Of a DNA stretch of 64,000 nucleotides, positions 56,173-64,000 are shown in pieces (position 1 is the stretch's first letter; each line of letters begins with the position of its first letter). The translations under genes and the position numbers were made by a program. This stretch comes from Hyphochytrium catenoides. Its lineage: Eukaryota; Protista; Hyphochytriomycota. Location: NCBI GenBank assembly GCA_900088475.1, contig FLMG01002424.1, positions 5,912 through 69,911 of the forward strand, read 5' to 3'. The notes beneath the pieces are model-generated. The model was not told where the DNA came from and ran no database searches. It saw nothing but the letters and a program-made list of their open reading frames with translations.

Positions 56173-57759
56173 CGGTATGAATAGTCTTCTTCAAATAGCC
56201 GTCAACTACATCTAGCAAGATCCTCAGGTGACTGGACGCAATCCTCCTTATTACTCTACTATTAGTCCAACAATTGTTATTTTCTCTTCGTCGTGCCACC
56301 GGTAGTAGCTTCCCAGACCACCGGTGCTCAGAGAGCAGCACTACATTATTTCGCAGATGTAGACATAACTCCTCGACGATAGGACATCGACAGATTGGTT
56401 TCTCTTCTCGTCTTCCACATTGAGTGGGTGAGACAAGCAGCTCTGTGGGTTCAGTGCCGTAACATTTAATGTTCCTGATCTCTTTATCAAGATATCGTTA
56501 TTCCTTGCCTTAGTCAATCTTGCTGTGTCTCGTTCCTCTGTCTCTTACATCGGCCCAGTAGTGTTTCCCGCTCTGGCAACAAGACTTTTTTCTAGTCTCG
56601 TCGTTCGGGGCCTATAATAGCTGAAACACGCTCTCTATTTCTCAGCCCAGGATCCTCTGGCTGCTGGGTGTCTCTCTCCTTTTTCCTGAATATGCTCCAA
56701 AAGCGGGAGCTATCCAGGCAAGCAATAATGTCGGATGTGACTCGACGTAATGGCAAAATACTCGTGGGATAATAGGTTTCCTAGCGCGGTGAGGTAGAAT
56801 ATCCGTAGGATGTTAAGGTTTCCTGGGCTGCGGAGGATGGACCTGGCCTCACTCTCTAAGTTACCTGAGGCCAGGCACATCTCCCTTACGGGGCAGCGCA
56901 TGTACTTGCGCTCAGGGCAGTCAGTTAGCAGGCNNNNNNNNNNNNNNNNNNNNNNNNNNNNNNNNNNNNNNNNNNNNNNNNNNNNNNNNNNNNNNNNNNN
57001 NNNNNNNNNNNNNNNNNNNNNNNNNNNNNNNNNNNNNNNNNNNNNNNNNNNNNNNNNNNNNNNNNNNNNNNNNNNNNNNNNNNNNNNNNNNNNNNNNNNN
57101 NNNNNNNNNNNNNNNNNNNNNNNNNNNNNNNNNNNNNNNNNNNNNNNNNNNNNNNNNNNNNNNNNNNNNNNNNNNNNNNNNNNNNNNNNNNNNNNNNNNN
57201 NNNNNNNNNNNNNNNNNNNNNNNNNNNNNNNNNNNNNNNNNNNNNNNNNNNNNNNNNNNNNNNNNNNNNNNNNNNNNNNNNNNNNNNNNNNNNNNNNNNN
57301 NNTGGATAAGTTATCATTTAGATGGTCAGTCAGACAGGGGATACCGACGGTCGAGAACGGGGAGTATGTGCCTTAACGCTTCTTCATTCTTTCTTTAGTT
57401 AGTTCGTGATTGTTGCGGACCGCCTGGGTCATCAAGAGCCTCCTCCCATTTGATCCAGGAGGAATGCTCCCAGGCCAGTAATGTCAAGCGCCTGTCGTAC
57501 CAACGAGGGCCGTCACATTTAGCTAGTAGTCCATGGTTTCTCGTTCGCCTCGCTTGTTTTTGGGGTTTGCTCTGCTCCCTGCTCTGTAATTATACCTTCG
57601 TTCTCTGTTCTATGCGAGTTTTTGCTTCAATTCGTCCCTGTCTTTTAGGGCTACTCCTCACCTCGTCGAGGCGTCGTGGTCTCCTGCCTTAAACTTCAGC
57701 CAGATCCCAGCTTTACCCCTACGTTTTTTTGGGAAGAGCACAAATCTTTAATCACAGGC

Positions 57760-60460
57760 TGACAGAATGCAGCGGCAATTCAGTAAAAGTGGAACGCTTA
57801 GAAAGAGGAAGATGCAACCATAGCATGAAGAGACCTAAGGGCTCGAGGATATGTACAGACAAGAACTAACGCAATGACGGAAAGTAGAAATCCAGGAAAA
57901 GCTTGAGCTAAGAAAAGAGAGATTCGATTTGACTCCAGATCAGCTACGGGAGCCTTCTAAGGCACCCAAGAGGACGATAGGAGTGCCCCTGTCTAACGTC
58001 AACGCGCTGTAAAGAGCAATCCAGTTGACTTGAGTTGTAGCAGCCTATATGGATAGTTCTGCGGCAGCGCAAGGTCTAGTCAGCTGTGCTTCTTCTATCC
58101 GTTGCCGCTGTGTCTAGATTTTGAGCAGGCGGCAGAGGCTGAGGCTGACCAAGGAAATCTGAAAGTGACGGAGAAGGTCAGCCCCATCCTACAACCGCGC
58201 CAGGAAAACCTAATATCCCTCCCTGCTGGATATTTTCCACCTAGCTCTGCTGGAACCTACGACGGCGGTCCTTAACCTCCCGAACAAGCAGCATCGTGAA
58301 GCGCAAAAAAGAACGTCTCAGTTCTTCATTTCCATCGCCTAAGAAGAAGGATGATAATGATAGCCTCTACTATTCACGTCAAGGCTCTTCGGGCCGGCTA
58401 AGTAGGTGGTCCCTTCTTGCTCCAGGACCCTATAACTACCTTCTTTCTTTTTACTCCCCTTCGTTCACTCGCTTCTCTCCGCTCTGCGTACTCTCCGCGT
58501 TGCCCCCAACAACTCTCTCTGTCTTTTTTTGTCTTGGTTTGTCTGATTAGATGCAGGGCGACGTACTTGGGTGCAACAAGGCAAACCAGACATCTTCTTA
58601 GCGGGCAAAGTTCATTCCTTTAGTCAGGGGAGGACGTGGCGTCACTGTCTCCTCCTGAGATTGCCTGTTTGATACCGTGGATATCGTCGGTAGACTGCCC
58701 AGTACAGTCTTGAGTAGAGAGCTAAGCACTTGACCTTCCTCTCTCCATGACAAGAAGAGGATGAGGACCTAGATAGTGGTCTATAGGTATCCCTTTCTTG
58801 GCCAATCGTTCGATGATACGCTTAGAGGCCCGGCGCCTTTGAAGTAGGTGAGGAAGTAGGTGACCTCTACTTACTTCCTCACTCGACATTGCTTAGTCTG
58901 TCCATCTGCTCTAAGTCTTTGGAGTACGCGACATCTTTTTCTTCCCTCACTTAGCACATGACGGGCCATTTTGAGGCAACCTACAATTACCTTGGTGTGC
59001 TCTGGTTGTTCTCTGGTGCTGCTTTCTCCTTTGACTGTCTACGTAACACTAGAGCAGACTAATCAAGCAACAGCACTGTTAATGGATGGGATGTAGACCT
59101 CGAACTCCCATCATTGATACATCCCGCCGCCCTGGATCCCAGGATGGGAGCAATGAAGTTGCGCGAGGTCCGCAGGGCTCTTGCTGTTCAACGCCCTAAG
59201 GAGAGAAGAGACGAAGAAGGGTACTGCTCATCATTTATTATGCTTGGTAAATTCTGAGGGAGTAGGAATGGGACATTCCTCCTCAGTTACTTTGCCCTGC
59301 TCAACTGTGCGCCAAACGAGGAACTGTATCGATGCAGTTATTTTCAGTGGGAAGCACGACGAGTACCAGAAGAAGAGGAAAGAGAAGGAATTCTCCATCA
59401 GCACCAACGACAGAAAGCAAGTATTTTCCCATCACTTTCATCATCCCTCTCAATAGAGGTCATCATCATAACCTCTCGTCCACCTACGTTCTCCTACGTC
59501 CGCTCTACCGTTCACTGAACGGCAGCGTTCCAGTCAATCCTCAAAATGCTACGACGTGATAATAGGGAGATTAAACGGGGGAGAAGATGGAGAGGAGAGA
59601 GAGAAATACTAATATGCATTAGCTACCACGACTACTACTCAGAAGAAGAGTAACAATCAGAAAAAGCAAGGATAGTTCTAAGGAAGAAGGAGAAGAAGCA
59701 TCATAGGAAGAAGGGAAAACCAAGAGCTATGAAGCCCTGTTATCTGCATCGACTCCATGCACTCCACACTCGAGAAGAAGAATTATAATTGATTCCTTCC
59801 TAATAACAAAAGAAGAGAAGATGAAAAGGAGGTCACCTACGACGTTATCACCATCATACTCGACAAGGCAAGCAACAAGAACAGAGTCCAGCTGCGCGAA
59901 GAGGAAGAATACGCATCACAATTCGAAGCGCATTTTCCTCACGATAAGTAGCCAAGGAGGCTGTGGTGTGACGGCGCAAAGCCATACCCGGGCGAGTTCA
60001 ATGACCATGATGCCGAGAATCATCAAGAGCAGAAAGAGTGATCGCTATGCTGGACCTTAACAAGTTGTTACGCCCGGTCCAGGACACACGGCAGCATGAG
60101 TTATTAGCCAGTTGTGTCGACAAGAGAAACATAGGAGAGAAAGTGGATAGAGAGGGAGAGACTGTAAGAAAGGAGAGAGGAGAGAAACAGAGGGAAGAGG
60201 GAGGTGAGCAGAGAGCAGAGCACCCGCCGTGGGGAAGGATGACGATCATTGGAGGTGGTCGTCGTACGATAGTTCTACTGCTACCTTTCTGGTGCAGTTC
60301 TTGAGTTCTTCGTACAGATTTTGCGGTACACGAAGCTTTGGCAAGATTCTTATCTTCCTATCAGGCATATGGAGAGATCGGTGCGGCCTTGTTCCCAATA
60401 AATGGCGCCATCTTCCAAATCAGAACAGCCAGATAAGAACAAAATCGGTGATGTTTTCAT
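57760..60460 (+). other. Highly decayed coding-like/TE relic region (possibly Mutator-like with a Ulp1-like fragment)
   Basis: Short stop-riddled frames with only weak resemblances: SNSTVNGW, PCSTVRQTRNCID (SWIM-like) and YLSGAVLEFFVQIL (Ulp1-like). Confidence 0.2.
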
Positions 60461-60635
60461 TAAGGCGGAACCACTANNNNNNNNNNNNNNNNNNNNNNNN
60501 NNNNNNNNNNNNNNNNNNNNNNNNNNNNNNNNNNNNNNNNNNNNNNNNNNNNNNNNNNNNNNNNNNNNNNNNNNNNNNNNNNNNNNNNNNNNNNNNNNNN
60601 NNNNNNNNNNNNNNNNNNNAGTGGTTCCGCCTTAA
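60460..60635. mobile_element. TIR element with TTAA target-site duplication (Kolobok-like); interior lost in an assembly gap
   Basis: TTAA-GGCGGAACCACT...[N gap]...AGTGGTTCCGCC-TTAA: perfect 12-bp inverted termini inside duplicated TTAA. Confidence 0.7.
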
Positions 60636-60961
60636 TGTCAAACTCCTTTGGTTCTGGCCAAGCCTCCCTTCTTCCTTGGCTTCGTGCGTCGCCGTCGGTC
60701 GCTGATGAGCTCGTCAGCTCCTCCGACCTGAGCTCGCTCTGTTTGCCCCTCATGCTTCTGGTCACAGAAGAAGCCACTTGAGGTTCCGAATAAGCCTACA
60801 GGCACCATCTTATCTTACTTGAAGCGCTACTGGCTCAAACAACAAGAAGCTGGAGCTCCTTTATCATCCGCAAAGAAGCTGAGCAGAATTATCAGACAAT
60901 CACAAGCAATGAACGATAACCGATCCAACGACCACTGGAAAACGACCAGCCCTTAATCCGT

Positions 60962-61066
60962 GGATTACCCAAAGTTCCTCTCCATGTTCACCCAAGGTTC
61001 CCCGTATCTTCACCCAATGTTCTCCCTTATGTTTACCCAAATACCCTCCCAAGATTACCCCGTGTT
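60962..61066 (+). repeat. Degenerate 22-23-bp tandem repeat (TTYACCCAA.GTT core), about 5 copies
   Basis: Units start near 60965, 60987, 61009, 61032 and 61055. Confidence 0.75.
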
Positions 61067-61489
61067 ACGGCTTTTTTTCAACTTTTACCGGCTAAAACTC
61101 TGATTCGGAATATAGGCCAGGTTTTCTGTTCTAATACCATATTTGTACTACCTATTACTGTACTTCACCCTACCACCCTGTTCTAACAGCAGCCTTGAAC
61201 CCATTTAGAATATACTGCATTACTACTACCCTCTTGAAGCCTATGTTTATATTAGAAGACTAACGCCATACATTAGTATAGATGATTATAGAGACACTGA
61301 AAATCTCTAAGTCAAACTTGCAGAAAGACCAAGAGCAACAGAAGAGAACACAAATAAATGACTTTGACAAAGATAAAAAAACAGTCCCAGCAGCAGAGCG
61401 AGAAGAACAGCCAAAAGAGAAGGCCAATAAAGGCAAGAAGAATGCATGAGGATCACAGAAGAAGTGGATGGTCGCCAGAACGAGACGGC

Positions 61490-62600
61490 CAGAGTTAGCA
61501 AGGAAGGAGCACCAAAGGAAGGAGCACCAGCGGCGGGAAGAAAAGGACAGAGGTTAGAGGGCAGAAGGGCGGCAATAGAGGTTAGCGAGAGGAGGAGACG
61601 AGGAGTTAGCAAGCAAAGGTCAGACGTTAGTGCAACAAAACGTTACCAGCAGGGAGAACAGACAGAAAGAAGACAGCAACAGTTCTAGAGCATCCACATA
61701 AAACAAGAATTCTAGAAAGGTTAGAAAATAGGAGAAATCACGAGCAAAGAACGGGGAGCAAAAACGAATGATGTTAGCAGACATCAACTACCAAGCAACG
61801 GCACGGGCGGAAACAAAAGGCAGAGATTAGCGGCGGAAGGAATGATGATCCAAGGGCAGAAGAGCAGAAAGGGGCCAATGGAGGTTAGCGAGGAAAAGAG
61901 GAGTTAACAAGCAGAGGTCAGACGTTAGTGCAACAAAACGTTACCAGCAGGGAGAGAAGAGCAGAGTCAGCAACAATCTAGAACAGCTACGAGAGAGAAG
62001 TGGTAGAAAGGAGGTTAGAATATAGGAAAGATGAGCCAAAAACGGAGAGCAAGAAGCGAATGATTTTAGCAGAGAAGAGCTAGCAAGCAAGGGCAGGAAC
62101 GGAAACAGAAAGGCAGAGCTTTGNNNNNNNNNNNNNNNNNNNNNNNNNNNNNNNNNNNNNNACAGCAGACAAGTCAGCTACCAATCTAGAACGGCACCAA
62201 GAAGAAGTGGCAAAAAGGTTTAAGGGTAAGAGACATCGGAGCGGAGCACGAAGAGTACAAAGATTGATGTTAGCAGAGACGAACTAGCAAGCAAGGGGCT
62301 CTTAACAGAGACGAAGAACTGCAAGCAAGAGACAGGGACACAGAAGAGGCAGAGCGTAGAGCAGGGAAGAAGTGACGGATTAAGAGTAGAAGAGCAGATG
62401 GTGGACTACGGGGTTAGCGAGAGGACACAGGAGTAAACAAACAAAGGTCAGCCGGGAGTGCAAAAGAGGTTAGCAGCAGGGAGAGAACAGCAGAAGTCAG
62501 CAACCAATCCAGAAGGGTACCGAGAAAGAAGGGGCAGAACGGTTAGAATATAGGAGAAGTAGCAGAGAACGGAGAGAAGAAAACATTAGTCGTAGCCAGC
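61490..62600 (-). repeat. ~300-bp degenerate tandem array (about 4 copies), pyrimidine-rich on the minus strand and dense in CTAAC
   Basis: An identical 41-bp block at 61617-61657 and 61915-61955 gives a period of 298; diverged copies lie at about 62162-62410 and 62411-62590. Confidence 0.85.
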
Positions 62601-63550
62601 GAAAGTCAGTAGGAATTCCCGATTGTGAACGCCAGCAGGGTCAGCGAAAGGCAGCAGGAGGACAGCGAAAGGCAGCAGCAGGCGGGACAAAGAAAGTGTC
62701 AAGATTGCAGATCGCAAGCAGTAACAGGATAAGGCAGAAGCAGGCCTAATTTGAAAGGAAAGGACGACCGAAAACGAAGCAGCAGTGCCCAACAGGGATT
62801 TCCGAGCAACGAGGGAGCGCATGAGCAAATGCAGAGGAAAGGAAGCGAAATGCTTATTAGCAGGTAGGATCCGTGAGCAGGGAGAGGAGGGCGGCTAAAT
62901 AAGTGGTTGGGAACAGGAGGAGAGATAGAGGAAGACAGAGAAACCAGCGGGGAAAGAAGAAGGCAGACACCAAGTACCGGTAGTAGACGACAGGAGGTGG
63001 TACCGAGGTCTTAAGAAGGTGAGTAGAACAAAAAGTTCAAGTGCGCTACTCTTCTGTGCAGCCGCCTGCTTGAACAGGCAGTCGATGCCTAAAAGAAAGA
63101 CGAGCTCTATGTATCTGAGACTGGTCGGGCAGCTGTTTCCGCTATAATCTTTGTCGATCTCTTTCCTGCTTGCTTGCTGATGAGTCGCTGGTCACTGGTG
63201 CTTTGTTGTTGGGAGATTCAAATCTGAAAATCTGAATTGCAGTGGACGTTGGAAGTTGGAGATGAGAAATGAGACAAGGACGCGCGATTATCAGATCAAG
63301 GGGTGATATACTCTATCGTTTCCGGTTATTGAGGCGATTGTATTTGATAACTGAAAGGATCCTGTCGTCAGACCGTCAGAAGGGGCTTATGATTACCCCA
63401 GGTTTGCTGGATTGTGTCTGTGATCACCTAAAGTTCTTGGTCGTCAAAGCAGGATTACTCTAAGTTCTCCTAAGGGGTGGTTTTTGGGGTCTAGGTTTAC
63501 CCTACGTTCACTTCAGGATACCCCAAATAATACCCTTGGTCGTTTTCCAG

Positions 63551-64000
63551 TGGACACACCGCCGGTGGGTGGATTCCGCTGCGCCCAACCCGAATGCAAA
63601 AATGTCGGAGGTTTGCTGTGTGCATCCTGTCGTTCGGCAAGCCCGGTACTGCAGCAAGGAGTGCCAGAAGCAGCATTGGAAAGCCCATAAAGGGATCTGC
63701 AAGAAGGACCATGGAACAGCCTCTTTCAAGGGTGCCTCAGGCCGTGAAAGGTTGCTGGGTGCACTGACTGGCGGCCAGACCGGACAATGGCATGCCGGTC
63801 TGTCGAAAGATCGTGTCTTTCAGCGGCTGATTATGAGCTGCTGGGCGTTGTATGTCGAAGACACCTATGTTTTCCGAGCGGAGCTCATTGGTGCATATCT
63901 GGCGGCCGCGGAAGGTGGTTCCGAGGCTGAAACTGTTCGACAGTTCAAGGCATACCACTGTAAAACGTATCTCGGGTTTACCCAAAGTTTCCTTCAAGGT
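63551..64000 (+). pseudogene. Frameshifted MYND zinc-finger protein fragment
   Basis: CAQPECKNVGGLLCASC, then a +1 shift near 63631-63634, then RQARYCSKECQKQHWKAHKGIC, followed by WHAGLSKDRVFQRLIMSCWALYVEDTY. The latter resembles the W...VY..LID.YRLRVED.Y region of MYND proteins from fungi and protists. Runs to the window end. Confidence 0.8.

Noticed and set aside
61307-61612. Hydrophobic minus-strand ORF as a membrane protein
   Set aside because: The hydrophobicity results from pyrimidine bias of the repeat; the other repeat units contain stops.
60962-62600. CRISPR array
   Set aside because: Eukaryotic context; repeats are degenerate and tandem without unique spacers; no cas genes.
1-64000. 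tRNA, rRNA or snRNA genes
   Set aside because: No cloverleaf/T-loop or rRNA signatures recognised by eye; tRNAscan-SE or Infernal would be needed to exclude them.

Overview
Eukaryotic genomic DNA, probably from a unicellular protist: GT-AG spliceosomal introns of about 150-500 bp, abundant (CT)n/(GA)n microsatellites and six assembly gaps. The central block (about 5-51 kb) is gene-rich. It holds allantoicase (+), an Rsa3-domain protein (-), Mediator subunit MED13 (+), a USP32-like EF-hand/DUSP deubiquitinase (+), an intronless PPR protein (-), the CAK assembly factor MAT1 (-), three paralogous cytochrome P450s (one with 2 introns, two intronless) and an intronless Zn-dependent alcohol/formaldehyde dehydrogenase. 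Both ends look accessory or TE-rich. The left end has a decayed Crypton-type tyrosine-recombinase element and an orphan multi-pass membrane gene. The right end has an orphan His/Cys-loop membrane protein with a pseudogenised tandem paralog, a TTAA-flanked TIR insertion, a ~300-bp tandem array packed with branch-point-like CTAAC motifs, and a frameshifted MYND-finger fragment set among ~22-bp degenerate repeats. The best-supported unusual signal is a textbook U12-type (minor spliceosome) first intron in MED13. The best candidates for an undescribed system are the P450/dehydrogenase/membrane-protein neighbourhood and the branch-point array; both are inferences. All family calls come from motif recognition by eye; no searches were run.
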